Assembly: GCF_036321535.1 (NCBI RefSeq)
Contig: NC_087437.1
Span: forward strand, 35,404,001 to 35,468,000
Reading direction: 5' to 3'
Length of the DNA: 64,000 nt
DNA from: Camelus dromedarius
Taxonomy: Eukaryota
The notes beneath the pieces were generated by a model that was not told where the DNA came from, ran no database searches, and saw only the letters and a list, made by a program, of their open reading frames with translations. The position numbers and the translations under genes are program-made. The first letter of the stretch is position 1. Every line of letters begins with the position of its first letter. Positions 25,831-40,299 of the stretch are shown in pieces.

Positions 25831-28800
25831 TTAAGAGGGCTGGACAGTGCTGGGGACAAGGGAGTCATTGCCACTTTATATACTAGAGAGGTCATGGAAG
25901 ACCTCACTGATGAGGAAATATCTGCTCAGAGACTTGGAGGAACTTGGGAAAGGAGCCCTGAAGATCCTGAAAGAAGGACTCTCTAGGAGCAGTAAAGAGA
26001 AGGGACCCAGGCTCAGAGGCTGGAGTGTGCTTGGCACGTTTGAGGACAGCAGAGGCCAGTGTGTCTGACGTGGAATGAACAACAGGCGATGTGGGAGGAG
26101 AAGCAGGGTCAGGGAAGCAGCTCGGGACCTTGTGGACCGTGGCTGGGTTAGGATAGAGGAATGACGGACTCCAGCTAGAGCTGATCCCTGTTGACTCAGC
26201 TTCACTCTCAGTGTTCTTGCCCTGTTTTCTTTGCCGCATCTTTTATTTTATGTGATGGAGCTTTCTCTAAGCATATAAATGTGCTCACGTTTCTATCCTA
26301 CATTAAATAAACAAACCACAAAAACAAAGACTCTAGGTACTACCTGACCTTCCCTCCCCTTCATCACTAAGCCTCTCAAAAGTGTAACAGTCATTTATAG
26401 TCCCATCCACACTCGTGTGACTTATATTCATTATTCAAGCCGTATAATCATGTTCCACAAACTGAACCTGCCATTGTCAAGGTTGTTGCTAAAATCAAAG
26501 GACATATTTTAGTACTAATCTGACTTTCCTCTCTCTCTCTGGATATGAATTATTGACCACTCTCTTTTTGAAATTCTGCTCTATTGGTTTTCGAGGCATG
26601 ATGTGTCCCCTAGGGTTCCATTTTTGTACCTCTTCTCTCCTCTGCATTCTTTTCTCAGGATGCCATTTACCTTCGTGGCGCCAGGTGTCATCTAGATGCT
26701 GACAACTCCTTAATATATATTTGTAGGACAAGCCACTTAGAAAAATTAGTTCCAGCCCATATATCAAAGTTCCTGCTAACTACATTGGAATTTCTCAAAG
26801 GTACTTGAAACTCATAGTGTCCATATTTTATCTTCCTTTCTCTCAGAAGCCACTTCTCTTTTTTTTCTATAGTTCCTAACTTCATGATGAAGCCAAAAGC
26901 CAATGTTTTTAAAAGTGCAGTTTATTTCAGCCTCTTGTTTAATGGGTCAGGACCTCCTGTTGGTTCAACATATAGCTGATCCAGTGACTTCCTTGATTGG
27001 AATCTCCCTGAACAAATTCTGTTTGTTCTTTCAGACTCTCAGTTGTCATTGTTCTTTAGCACCTGAATCTTCATCCTAGGCTAGAGTAAATAGCCTTCTT
27101 GCCTGCTTTCATTACTCCATTTCCACAGCTCTTAATATCCCCTTTGGGAATGATCTTGACACATGTGTATCTGTGAAGATTAAGCAACTTGAGAGCAGAA
27201 AGTATATCTTTGTCATTTTTGTATCTGTAGTGCTTATCACAGTTCCTGAAAGTTTGCAGACACAAAATAGATACTTGTTGAATGAATAGAGTCGACAATT
27301 GACATTTGATAAAGGATGAGTGAAATTTCATAAGGTTGAAAACAATGTGTTAATCAGAACTCTAATGGACCAAGTGACCAGAACTCAATTCTAGCTAATA
27401 TGTTAAGATGATACTAAGGTATTTCACAGAAGGGATGTAGACCCACACGTCAGGAAGGCAATAACCAGGGCAGCAGTGGGACCTGAGAAACTGAAACCAG
27501 GGGCTTGAACATAGTCAGGTTATTTTTTTTTTTCTCTTATCTCTGTTTTTCTCTCTGTGTTGATTTCATCTTCTCAGGCAGAATTTCCTCATAAACCTAA
27601 AATCATGAGTGCCTGGAAGTCTTTGATGAACTTTATATATTAATCTCTGGACCAGTGAATGTAACCCTCGTGAAGCAACATGATGCTCAGCTCAGCTTGG
27701 TACTAATTTAAACTCCTGAACCAAGAGTGTGACCTGTGAATTTGGATCTTTTTAGAAGAAGATAGTACCCATCACATAATGTAATGGGAGCTGGAAAGGG
27801 GGGGACCAGTTTCTCAAAAGAAGGAGACTGATGACACTCGAAGAAGGGAAGGGTCTAGGCAGACATTATAATATATACCTATTAGAACTAGTAATATTAG
27901 CTAAAGTTTTCTAGTACTCATTTTGTAGCAGAGACTGTGCTAAGCACTTCACACAAATTTTCTCACTGAGTTCTCACAACAACCCTATACTAGATAGGTG
28001 TTTCAGTTTGAATTCTTTCACCTATAATAAAATAATATCTAACTAAAAGTCGGTTAAATTTAGGATAGTTTATTTTGCTCAAATAACCACAAGTACAGAA
28101 TAAGACAGGTGATTCCAGTACTGATTCAGTTGCTCAAAGGTGTCAAGGAAGTTGGTTGGCTTTTCTCTAGTTCTGTTGGATTTCCACTCATGATTGCAAA
28201 ATGGCTGCCAAAGCTCCAAGCTGACAACTTCACAAAGCATGTTAAAATGTAAAAAAGGAACAAAGGCTTCTTCTTGGGCATCTCTTTTAGGAAGGAGAAA
28301 ATCTTAACAAGAAACACTCCCATTAACTTCCCCTCAGGAATGATAGGCAAGGATGGCATCATATACTCATGACTGAGCAAGTGAAGATGGGAAAGCAAGC
28401 TCTGACATTTTTAGTCCCATAGGGAATTGCCTCTTTTCTGGCAGAGAAGACAAGAGGGGAACGGCTGTTGGTACGCAACAAATAATTTTTGCCTTGGTGT
28501 ATAATATTGTATTGGAATGTTTTGGTAAAAGAAATAGAGTCTCTGACCTACAATAACTTAAACCAGAATGACATTTCTTCTTAGCCTAATAAGAAGTTCA
28601 CAGCTAGGCAGTCCCCATATTGGTTCAGCGGTTGGCTCAGCACTGTTACCAAGGTCACGTACTTCCTCTTTCTCTCCTGCCATCTGCGGTGCTGGTGATA
28701 TCTTTCTTCTTGATCACATGGTTGCTGATCCTCCAACCATCATCTCCACACGGTATCTTCACAATGAGTAAGGAAGGAGTAGAATGGAGAAAGACTTTGT

Positions 28801-29554
28801 CCTTCAGCCACTCTCTCTTATGAAGAAGGAAACTGTCTCAAAATTCCCAGCATTTTCCCTCTACCTTTCATTTGCAGAATTGGGTTACATGCCCTCCCTT
28901 AGACCTATTCTTGGCAAGTGGGAATTGGTCAGTATGATTGGTATGGAAATAGTAGGCAATGACAAGAATTCATGCAAATGAGGGTCTTGTATCTCCACGT
29001 GGTTGAAGCCCAGGAGAAGTGGAATGAGGAGAGCTGATTATTTGTCTCCTCTACAGAATCCTTCCTATTATACTGCCTGGTTGTTGGTTACTCAGATCCT
29101 ATAGTTCACAGTTGCTTGTTCTTGATGGCCAGTGTTTAACATAATAAATATTCAGTTCTGTATTAGGGACTGTGCTGAGAGTACAGACACCAAGATGACC
29201 AGTCCTTGACCTTAAGGAGCTTATGTTCGGATATTAAAGAGAAAGTATGTATCTTTTCTGCCCTGTATTTGAGTTCACGGTCTTCCTGCATCTTGTATTT
29301 TCTTCCTAGAATTGGTGTATGAAAGTTTGTGGATTTAGAGATGTGTGATAATTTTCTTAATTGTTACCAACTAAAGAAAGAGTTTGATCAAACAAGAATG
29401 GTATTCCAGAATTTACCAGCTTTTCCATGCTGTCTAAAACTGTGTGAAAGTTCAGTTGCTGGCTGGTGACACTAATTGGCACTCTCTTCAACAATGTCTA
29501 AGCAAGACGGTATTAATTAGACATGAAGAAAAGAGTGTTCCTTTATCCTCTAAA

Positions 29555-29571
29555 CCAGCAGGTGGCCGCTG
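29555..29571 (+). promoter_or_regulatory. Candidate CTCF motif
   Basis: CCAGCAGGTGGC matches the CTCF core CCASYAGRKGGC in apparently unique sequence; motif match only. Confidence 0.35.
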
Positions 29572-30244
29572 CAGTTGAAGGCAGAGGTGAAGTTGGTGAT
29601 AAAAGTTGCACCTTGTTAAATCACTTTATTTTTAGGTAGAAACTTAAAGATCTTACTTGTTGGATGTAGATCATTTAGTCAAAGATTCACCATGGACTCA
29701 ATCCATGACTTTGCAAATTCCCTTTTCCTGTTGTGCAATACATATACATATAATGCAGTGTTATCAATTGTATCCCTTTCAACTCTTCCAACCAGTGGTG
29801 AAACCAAGGGCTATAAAATAAGGACTAACTTAATTTAAGTTTCTAGTTGCATGTATAGGCCTTGATCTGTACTCATTTTAGGTACTGAATTGTAGCCTTC
29901 TCTTGCTTTTTTCTCTTATCTCTCTTACCTTTACTTCTGATTTTGGGTGGGGGGGCTCTTCCACTGCCTATCTTTTCAAAGTAGTTGCAGGACTCTCTGA
30001 CCTTATTCCTTGTCTCTGAGTGATCTTACATACTTTCATGGTTTTAACTACCCTTACTAGCTGAAGTCAGGCAGGTAATTAAATATGTGAATTGGATCAA
30101 TACAAACAATAGGCAGTGATGGAGCTTGTGGCATTCAGGAAATGATTAAAGACATTTAAAATTATACTAAGGGAAAAAACCCCCACCATGCTGGGTCAAA
30201 GGAGTTTTCCAGATGAGTTTAGCCCTTAATGTGTGACTTGCTAT

Positions 30245-30724
30245 TGTCGACTGAAATAAATGTGCAGCCTAAAAGTTGAAAGTTTTGTTTTATTTAGCGG
30301 GAGTACTCCAGCCCGGAGGATAGCGTCTCAGATCTCTCTGAGGGACTGCTCTGAAGAGGTAGGGGAGGAGCTAGGATATATAGGAGCTTTACAACAAAGA
30401 CCAGGTAGTTGAAACAATAAAAGGTTACTTGTTATCTAAAGAAAAACAGGCATCTCAAGTTAAAGAATTTAGTGCTTTTCTAAGTGTGGGAGGAAGCAAA
30501 CATTTGGGCTCATTGAATTCATTCCTTTGACAAGCCCCTAGCTATCTAGGGCCAGTATCTTGTCCTTTATTATTCTGAGTCCCCTCAGGGTGCACCATTG
30601 TGAGTGGCTGCAGAGGCTGGGCTGCAGGCTTGTCTCCACTGTGGGGGTGGTGGCAGCCGCTGATGACTTGATGGCCTCAGCATTCTTTGTTTACTGATAA
30701 GGTTTGCAGTATTTTTCGTTCACA
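30245..30724 (-). mobile_element. Solo LTR (ERV1-type) with 4-bp TSD
   Basis: TG...CA termini; CTAT at 30241-30244 and 30725-30728; related to 36310-36766. Confidence 0.85.
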
Positions 30725-31416
30725 CTATTCCTAACTCCTAAATATGTGATCTCTTGTTGGCCTCTCCCCAAAGCTTCAACCCCATGTGGTAAATTACCTA
30801 CTGGCTATTGTGTAGGATAGTGCTTCTCAAAACCCACTGCATTTTAGAATCACCTGGAAAAGCCTTTAAAACTACTGCTGTTTAGGGGCTGGGACCTGGG
30901 CTTTAAATATTTTTTAGGTTCCCCAGGTGTTTAGAATCATTGCCAAAATAGATTTTTTTCCAAAGCGTAAGCATTTCCTATACTTTAAGAATGTAAATGG
31001 TAGTTGATCAAAACCAAGAAGTGTTTTAAAATTTACAAATGCATATATTTTGGTCTATCGTTCAGTTTTTAGTTTCTAATTTTATTGTATTTGGTAAAAA
31101 TTATGGTTTTCTATGATTTGTACTTTTTGAAATTTTGAAAGTTTTGTGAATGATCTTTGAAAATTCTATTCTTACATAAAAATACTCATTCTCTGTTTAA
31201 TGGGTAAAAAATACTTTATTATACCTTATTTTGTGCCTATAAGTTATTTTACTTGAATCCTTTTTCTCCTAATTCTTGTGCATTTCATTTGACAATGTTT
31301 GGAGACATGTGTGGTAAGTTTGCCTCTATAAATATTAATTTGTAAATTTCTCCTTGTAGTTCTAGAATTCTGTATTATATCTGATGCTAGGTTTTTATTG
31401 CATAAGGATTTATAAC

Positions 31417-31992
31417 TGTTGCCAAAAGATCAGCCCCCATCCCTGATGAGCCAAATAACCTAGAGAAAAGTCCTTGGAGCTTAGAAGAAAAGAGGCAATT
31501 TTATTGCTTTGCCGGGCAAAGGGGACTCACAGCAGGCTAGTGCCTTCAAATCTGTGAACCCACCTTGGGGATGGGGTGGGGTGGTTATATAGCCATAACT
31601 CAAACAATAAAACATTGATAACAATCAGCAGAATCATTTTCTCATCAGAAGACAGAATGGCGTCATGATGCCTCCAGGTAACCAATTCTATAGAGGCTAG
31701 GGGTTAGATCTCTTTATCTGGTAAGCACTCAAGGCGTGGTCTTCTTGGTAATTCAGGCTATTTTGTAAGGTTACAGTCCTGTAACCTTCTTCTTGGAAAA
31801 GGACTCAGAGACCAAGCTTGATTATTACTTTCAATGACTGAAATAAAGTAGAAACAGTAAGATCAATTTTAACAATGGGCCTGAAACTGTGAGTAGCAAC
31901 CAGTCAGTCAGGTGAGTTGACCGGTTTAAAGGCAAGCATAAGAATAAGCAATCTGTTAGCCTAAGTGTGGCCAGTTTATTAATCCTCCTTCA
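31417..31992 (-). mobile_element. Solo LTR (ERV1-type) with 4-bp TSD
   Basis: TG...CA termini; TAAC at 31413-31416 and 31993-31996; AATAAA and TATA on the - strand. Confidence 0.85.
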
Positions 31993-32106
31993 TAACTATT
32001 TGTAAATTTTTTTTGGTGTATATTTCTCCTATAATTTTTAACAATATCTAGAAATTGAACTCTATCACAGCTGTTGTTTTTTGGAGGTGAGCATTTGTCT
32101 GGATAC

Positions 32107-32107
<1 letters not shown>

Positions 32108-32152
<45 letters not shown>
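32108..32152. repeat. (TTTA)n microsatellite, ~11 units
   Basis: Directly visible. Confidence 0.95.
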
Positions 32153-32154
<2 letters not shown>

Positions 32155-32806
32155 ATTATATGTATAATTTCTGTATCTGTGTCATTCCACATTCTGTTAT
32201 TTTGTTTTAATTGTCACCTCTTGTTACCAATCTACAGCTGGATTAATACTTTGGAATCCAATGTGACAGTCTGTATTTTTAAGACAGAGTATTACCCATT
32301 CACATATTTTGTTTACTGATAATTCTGAGTTTATTCCTACTATATTTTTTGTCTTATCTATTTGTTATGCTTACTTTTCTTTTCTTCCTTTTATATCTCA
32401 AGTCATTTTTTTCTTCCCAGAGGTTTATCTTAAAATTTTAACAAATCTACTTGAACCTTCACATTCCATGTATTTGAAAAAATAGATGTTCGGAACTATA
32501 TTATTAATATTTTTCATCTCTCTATATTCTTAAATTATGTCTTACTTTTTTGTATCGAGTTATTTTGATGAAGTACAATATTGCATAAATTCTCAAGGAA
32601 TTATTTCAGAAAAGTTAGTATACAATAAATTTACTAAAATGTCTTCAAATTTTCCCCACATTTGAGTTTTGAGAACATATTTCTATTTTCTGTTAGGTAG
32701 TCTTTAAAAATACAATACCAATTTCTAGAAAAATCTGTTTTGTCCTTATGGATTGCTTTAGAATTTTCTCTTTGTCCTTGGAGTTCAGAAATTTTACCAG
32801 GATATC

Positions 32807-33329
32807 TGTAGGATATTAAATTAAAGATAATTTTCCCTCTATCCTTCTGAGTTCTTGTCTTGAACCCCCATAATAAAAGACAGATTAATGAGAGAAAAAC
32901 AAACAGAAGCGTATTAACATGTATACCTTAAGTAAACATGGGAGATACCCAAGGAAAAAATGAGTAACTCTTTGTGATAGCCTAGACCCACCTTCAGCCA
33001 AAGACAAAAGAAAGGTGTTAGGAGGGGAGGTTACTCGGAAAAGCATGATAAACAAAAAGGTTTGCTATGCAGATATAACTTAGTGCTTTCTACATTGATA
33101 AGATTCTTTTGTGATTTGGAGTCATCCTTCCCTTCCTGGTTTAGTTGGGGAGGCACGTTTACAAGTCAAGATTTTTTATAAATGTAAACTTCCCTCACAA
33201 CAGGGTAACTTCTCTGTTTTCAGAGCATCTCCTGCATCTTCTGTTTCTCAAAATAACCAGCTCAAAATAATTCTTATGCTAAAGAAACTTTTTTTTTTTG
33301 GTGGGGGTGGCATATTCTGCTACCCTTCA
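32807..33329 (-). mobile_element. Solo LTR, MER34-like
   Basis: Ends GGCATATTCTGCTACCCTTCA, identical to the end of the 666-1548 element. Confidence 0.75.
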
Positions 33330-36309
33330 TTTGTCTGGGTAAATTTCTCTCACTTAATTACTTACAGGGCTCTTTCCGTCTAAAGTCTTTAATCATTTTT
33401 AGGTCAGAGAAATTTTTTTCCATGGTCTATTTCTTTCCCTCCCTCTCTGTCTTCTTCCTCTGGAGCCCCTATTAGTTTTATTGTGGACTTTCCAGACATA
33501 ATTACATTACTTTAAAAATTTCCAACTTTTGTTCTTTTATATTCTGTTTGAAAATTATCCCTGTGTTTGCTTCTTTAGCTGAGATAATTTATATTCAGCT
33601 TAGAATTTTCTACTATTTAGCATAGTAGGTTCTGCTTTAGAGCAAAGGTCGCAAACCACCCACCACTGTAATAATTGGGAAATTTCACATGAAATAGCAA
33701 TTTCACTTTTTTTTTCTTAGAAAATATGAAGCTCTAGAAAACCTGGGCCTGTATTACTGAATGGAAACAACTGGCTTGAACTAAGTTGAGCTTGTCCTTG
33801 AGATGTGGCATGTGCTCCTGTTTGCCACAGTCTCCACCACTCCCTATTCTACTCCTTTCCTAGGCCACCACTCCTTTGATTGGGGGCAATTCTAATGTTC
33901 TTTTGGGAAGATTCCTTTCCCTAAGGAAAATATAATAATAAAATACTAATAGATAATAATAATATCACTTATCACTATATAAGGATTTACTATTTGGAAG
34001 GCATTATGGAAAGTATTTACTATTATAGTTAGTTCTAACAGCTTCCTAGCTGAATGGTTGATTAGTATTTTAATGGTACTATTTTGCAGATGGGAAATAG
34101 GAGGCCAAAGAAAGTGAAGAATTGACTTAAGATAACACAGTTAAAGAGTAGGAGAGGTAGGATTTCAACCCAGGTCATTTGATACCAACACTTGGGCCCT
34201 AACCACAATATCAAGCTGTCTTTTTATTTAAGATTACACTGTTGTGTCAATTTCTGGTATATAACATATATGTTATACATTGTTAAAGCAAATCTTTTCA
34301 GACCATTTAAGTCAAAACATGCTTCTTGAAATTTATTATAATTTTTCCCTTAGGATATTCATTTTTTGAATGTTAATACTCTCATTTAGGCTGTTTGTTC
34401 AGTCACATATCCATTCGCATATCCAATTATATATATATTTCATATATATTTCAAATATATCGTATACATATCTCCTTTCATTTAACAAAAAAAGTGTCGA
34501 TCAATTGCTATGCATAAAGCAGTTACTATTGTTGGCCCTGGCAAGAAGGAGCTTACAGTGTAGCAATGGAGGGGAAACCTCTACACAAATAATTATGATA
34601 GACATTAAAATGTTCAAAGAGTGAACAGAAGAAAAGCTCTGAAAATTTTGGAGAGAAGGGAAGTGAAAAGGCACTAAAAACCCAATATTTTTGCGTGGAT
34701 CTTAAAGGATAGGAAGAACTTGAACATGTAGTGATACCAAGTTTACTGGCTTCCTGGAAAGTAAAGCTATTAATATATTTATAAATATATGATATGTATA
34801 TATATGCTATGTATCTAAATATATGCTATATATCATATATATATGGGTAATATCCAAATACTTACATGAATCTTCTTTCTTTTCAACACTGGTCCTCTGT
34901 TCAAGGAATTTCTTTCAGAAATGTAAAATGCTATAAGCATCCTTGGAAAGATAGCTAAGTGACTCCTCTCAGGCATCGACTAATTCAGAGCTGCAATTGT
35001 TTTCTCAGTTCAATGCAGTTAATATCTCAGTATGTTTCCTAAACACCAAGACAAAATATAGATATAGAAGTATATATAGTATATATTACTTTTAAATCTA
35101 TTGCTTTCTCCTGTAGCAAAATAGCGATATTGTTTTCTTAATTTGAGTCTAAAATTATTGCTTTCTTTATGCTGTTTAATCAAACTTTTCCTTGATAACA
35201 TTTTTCATTTCACTTCCAATACTAGTTATGTTATTTGGTGAAGGAATTTTTATAAACAAGGGCCTTAAATCACTTCTGAAGTGTATGATTAGAAGCACTA
35301 TTAATATAGTTAAGTTGAAGTTTTCCTTCTTGACATGGGTTTAGATGGTTTTCAAGTATATTTACTCAAGGCATTCACCAGGATTGTGGTTCATCTCTCT
35401 TTTTATAGCAAGCCCTGCAGCTGCATCATCCCTGTGGTCCCTTAATCTCTTATTGTATTACCCTGAAATTGTGTGGGTTTTAAGTTATCATAAACTGTCA
35501 GCTTTGAAAAGCTAACATTTGTTAGCTTCAGAGGCATGAGAGAACTAGTGATAAGTGAGATGGTTAAAAAGTCAAATTAAATGTTAATTGGTGCAAGGGC
35601 ACAGAGCAGTAAGGCACTTAAGAGTTTAGATGTGGGCACTACATTTATCTGATTTGACAAATTATCCTGAAGAGTTTCCACAGATATCTGCCTTTATATT
35701 TTCCTCCATCAGCATTTTCCACATAAGCTTGTTATAATTCAAAAATGGTTAAAATGCTGCTTTTGTTGAGTATTTACATAGACTCATAGGAAGCAATAGG
35801 CAAGATTCCGAGTCTATTTTTGTGTATATTTACAATGCTTTATTTTAAGCAGTGTGACGATCTAAGAAAAGAATCAAAGAACAGACTATCCTAGAAATTT
35901 GCATAAGGAGAAAAGAACATATGCACTCCTGGGGAATTAAAGAGAAGATTCTTTCTTAATCATCTCATACATTTAAATTACCCAAATTTGCATAAATGCT
36001 GAAGTGTGAATTGTTGCCTTAAAAAAAAAAAAGACAATTCCTTTCAGACCTTTGCTAATTATTCTTGGCTAATCTGGTAAACTTAAAGGCACAAGAAGTC
36101 TCTGATTTTCTTTGGTTGCCTTCCCTGGAATGCTGACATGGCGTGTGGTTTGCTTAGATTCTCTCTAGTTGATACGCAAAGCAGAGGTAGGATAAAATAT
36201 TGTGACTAAAATAGTCTTGGTTCCTGAATCTTGGGTTGTTAGTCAACTACAAAAAAGGAAAAGTATTCTGGCTGGCTCTAGAGGCATCGTGCTTTTATAG
36301 AAGTGGAAG

Positions 36310-36766
36310 TGTCGATTTGAAAACAAAACTAAACAAAACAACAGGAGCTGTGCATTTAGTTTTACTTGGGGCTTATTGAGAACGACAGCCTGGGAGACAG
36401 CCTCTCAGATAGCTCTGAGCAACTGCTCTGAAGAGGTAGCGAGGGAGGTCAGTATACACATGATTTTGGTGAAGGGGGCACATGCAATCAAGCAGACACC
36501 TCAATAGAAGGTTGCTGTTAGTCACGAGGAGCAGATGCCTCCATGAATGACTTCAGAGTATGAGAAGATGCAAGAAATTGGGTTCATAAAATCTTCTCCT
36601 GACAATATCTAACTCTCTGAAGGCCTGTTTTAATAGTTTTTCCCAGAACACAGGGTGCCTCACTCCATCCTGACTCCTTTCAAGGGGTGTTGAAGGTCAG
36701 CGACTGCAGCAGCTCGTGACTTCATTCTTGTAGAACCAGACGGTGAGCAACACTCTTTCACTGGCA
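36310..36766 (-). mobile_element. Solo LTR related to 30245-30724
   Basis: TGTCGA start; shared GACAGCCTCTCAGATAGCTCTGAG..ACTGCTCTGAAGAGGTAG block; ends TGGCA. Confidence 0.7.
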
Positions 36767-39700
36767 CTAGCTAATTACAGATGTGTTTTTGTTGGGCTTT
36801 CCTGCTATTGGGACTAATTCAGAACCTGGTATAGATTTTGGATTCTGCTTGGTACCTCTGAACATGTCAGTTTTTCATAAAGTGTCTACTTATCAGATAA
36901 TGGCAAATGCTATGTTAAAAAAGAAACGATTCAGGCTTTTTGAATTACATTTAGGTGATTTTAGCTATTGATTTTTGATTCATCTTGTATATAGAATTTC
37001 CTGTGGTCACAACACAGAAATTCCTCTTGCACATTCACTTTCAGGGCAGCGTGAACAGAGCATCCTGACCTGAGACTGACACCTATTTACAGGACTTATG
37101 ATAGTTAAGGATTTTTAACTGCTTGGAAGATTTTGACAGCTTAGTACTGACCTGTCACTTGAAAACCTTGTTTTCTTGGTAGGGTTTTCTTTCTTCTCCA
37201 CTAGAAACGTATTTGAATTCATGGTTTCCCCCAAAGTCGAAGAACTTTAGTAAGGCATAGTCTTTGCTGGAAAGAAGTTTGAGAAGCCTCAAGCTACCAA
37301 GGAGAAACAGTTTGTGTTGGAATGTAAGCACTGAGAACTTAAACTGAAGTTAGTGTATATTGTTGAGTGTGTATCTTGTGCTTTACCGGGCAGACACAAA
37401 AAGAAATCTAACGCACATTTCCTGCCCTGTAGGCTCCAACAGTCTTTGTGAAAAGGGATGATGAATGAAGACAGTAGAGGGCCTCTCTGTATGGTTGTTC
37501 AGAGCACCCAGCACAGGGGGTGTGGTGGAGGGGAGTTTAGGGAGGAAACCCTGCTTTTGTTCTGTTTACCAAGCCAAGTGTACATTTGAGTCTAAATATG
37601 CTCCAAAGGGCAGTTGACTATTCTATTAATTAGGGTGGTGTCAATGGTTGTAACAAGTATTTTCCACAGTGTCAATGGCTTAACAGAATAAATGTTTATT
37701 TCTGGTTTACAAGACCATCGAATTGCTATTTCTGGTCTGCAGGTGACTTTCTTTCATGTGGTGATTCTGGGACTGAGTCTCTTTGCATCTTGTGATTCTC
37801 TTATTTTCATGAAATGTTTTCAAGATCACTGTGGTTGTCCACTTTGAGTCACACAGGGGACGAGAGCATGGAGGATCGTTTGTAGGAAGTAAAGGTGCAG
37901 GCACACATCAGTTCTTCTTGTGTTCTATTGGCTAATGCTCAGTGAGATGCCACCCCAACCTCAGGTGAGGATGGGAAAGGTAACCTAGCTGTCAGCTCAG
38001 GAAGAAGAGGATATGGGCCTGGTGAACAGCTGGCTAGGCTCTGCCATATTCTACTTTTTGGTTATTTATTATCTATATGTCTATAACTCTACATCTATAT
38101 CTACATGTATATCTATATATCTGTATCTATTTAGAGCTCTTTCACATTCTTACCTTTCAGGAGCAACTATGTCCCAGAGAGGTAGCTAAGTTAATTTTGC
38201 TTTAGTCTCAATATTGTTTTAACATGGGGATAGGAAAATGTGCTTGGGCTCAGCATTGTATAACACAGGGACAAGAAATCATGCCCAAACACCTCCCAAA
38301 GGAGGCAACCTAAGGGAGCATCTAGCTCCAACTTTAGGATCTCTTGTTATGCAGCATCCTCTTTTTCAAATCTAGAGGTGGGTCCATGTTTTCTGGTGAT
38401 CTGTGAACTAAGAAGAAAATAAAACAAACTATCTACCCTCCCATAAGTTCCACATATGTCCCACATACAATGCCAAAGCAGAGACAAAATAACATACTAA
38501 AAACTTTCTTTTACCCAAGTAGAACATTGCAAAAGACACAGTTGTCTCTGGTCCACAACATTAACATCGTCTAGTGGCTAAAATAGTGAAGACCCTCTAT
38601 GGCCTCTAGAGGATGTTATATTTTGACTCTTTTCTCTGGAAGCAATTCCCTTTTCTGGCATTATGTATAGCTCCTGGTTCCACTGGATGGAAGATTCCTC
38701 TTTGTCTGTTATCTTGCATGGCTACAACAAAGGAGGAATTGGGGGGTATGCAGTCCTTGGGAGCTGTACAACATTCACAGTCATCATTTGCTGGTGCAAT
38801 TTTATTGTGCCCAAGGGGTGTGTTAAGACTTGAAGAAATCAAAGGACTTTGAAACACAGCCCAGAGTTTCTTTGGCAATGTATTTATCTTAGAGATATAG
38901 TAGGCGTCTGATCTATTTGTTTCTAGTAGGTTTTAATGCTAGGAACCATTCCCAAAGTTCTTCCCTAGACACAGTTCTCTGATTTGTTTTGTTTCTTTTA
39001 CTTCTTTGCTCTTAAAAATGGAAACCAACATAATTTCTTGTTTCTATAGTATATATTACTGAGACCAGGCCTAATTCCCTATTCCTATGTTAAACAATAT
39101 TGAGACTAAGCAAAAATAAGTAAATGATTGCTCCAGGATACAATTGCTCCTGAGAGATACACTGTAAAACAAGTAAATCAGCCACATTTCATAGCTTACT
39201 CATCAAGGCCCTAACCTTGCTGTGCCCAGCAATCCAAAGCTATGAAAATCTCAAAGTGCACTTTGTTTAGCAAATACCTAGAATGAATTTTAAATAGGTC
39301 TTGGTCATTGTTAATTCTCAGGATTGATTGGAGGTTTTCCAGACAGAGAGCTAAGCTGTGATGGTGGTGAAATAATTGCTTGATTTCCATTCGTTCTCTC
39401 TCCAGTGATGAAGTGCACATTTTGCTAGAGCTCTCATTTAAGAGATTTTCAAGGCCTTGTTACTTCTTGAGAAACTTCATGGTCTTTAAAGCAAAACCCT
39501 CAATCTTTGAGAAAGAAGGAAAGCACGAATAGAATTCTAAAATGAAAATTTTCAAAGCTCTCAGAGTCCTTTGAACTTCCAGGGTCAAAAGTATTTCCAC
39601 TGACCTTAATGATAATGAAATGGACTCCTTTTCACATTCATTAACTTTTTTTTGTTAAAGGTTAGAAACAAGCTGATTCATGAATTTAGAAATATTACCT

Positions 39701-40299
39701 TCAGTCCTAGACTTTGTTCTGTTGTAAGCAGACATAACCAAATGCCACAAGGGATTTATACAGTACAGTCATATCATCACCAGCTACAGGCAGCCTTTCC
39801 CTCCACACCCTCCCAAGCAACTTTGCATAACTTAAAATGTGGAGATTTGGTTTTCTGAAAGAGATGTCAAAGATAGACAGTCCTTGAATTCCTATGGAAT
39901 AGACGTTATCAGCCACCTGTAAACCATTAGCACCATAGTAAAGCTTTGAGGGGTTGATCCTTAACATATATCTACCAGTTTAAGAGATATAAACATCTGC
40001 AGCTCATTGGAAGACTCCTAGCCAAAGGCTTCAGGATGATTATTCTTAGGTATCATCCAGAAGCAGATAATTTTTTTTTTCTATGTATATTTATTGACGT
40101 ATAGTCAGTTTACAAACTGTGTCAATTTCTGGTGTACAGCACAATGCTTCAGTCATACATGAACATATATATATATGTTTTCATATTCTCTTTCATCATT
40201 AGTTACTATAAGATATTGAATATACTTTCCTGTGCTATACGGTATGAACTTGTTTATCTGTTTTATGTATATTAGTTAGGTCTGCAAATCTGTTTTTTT

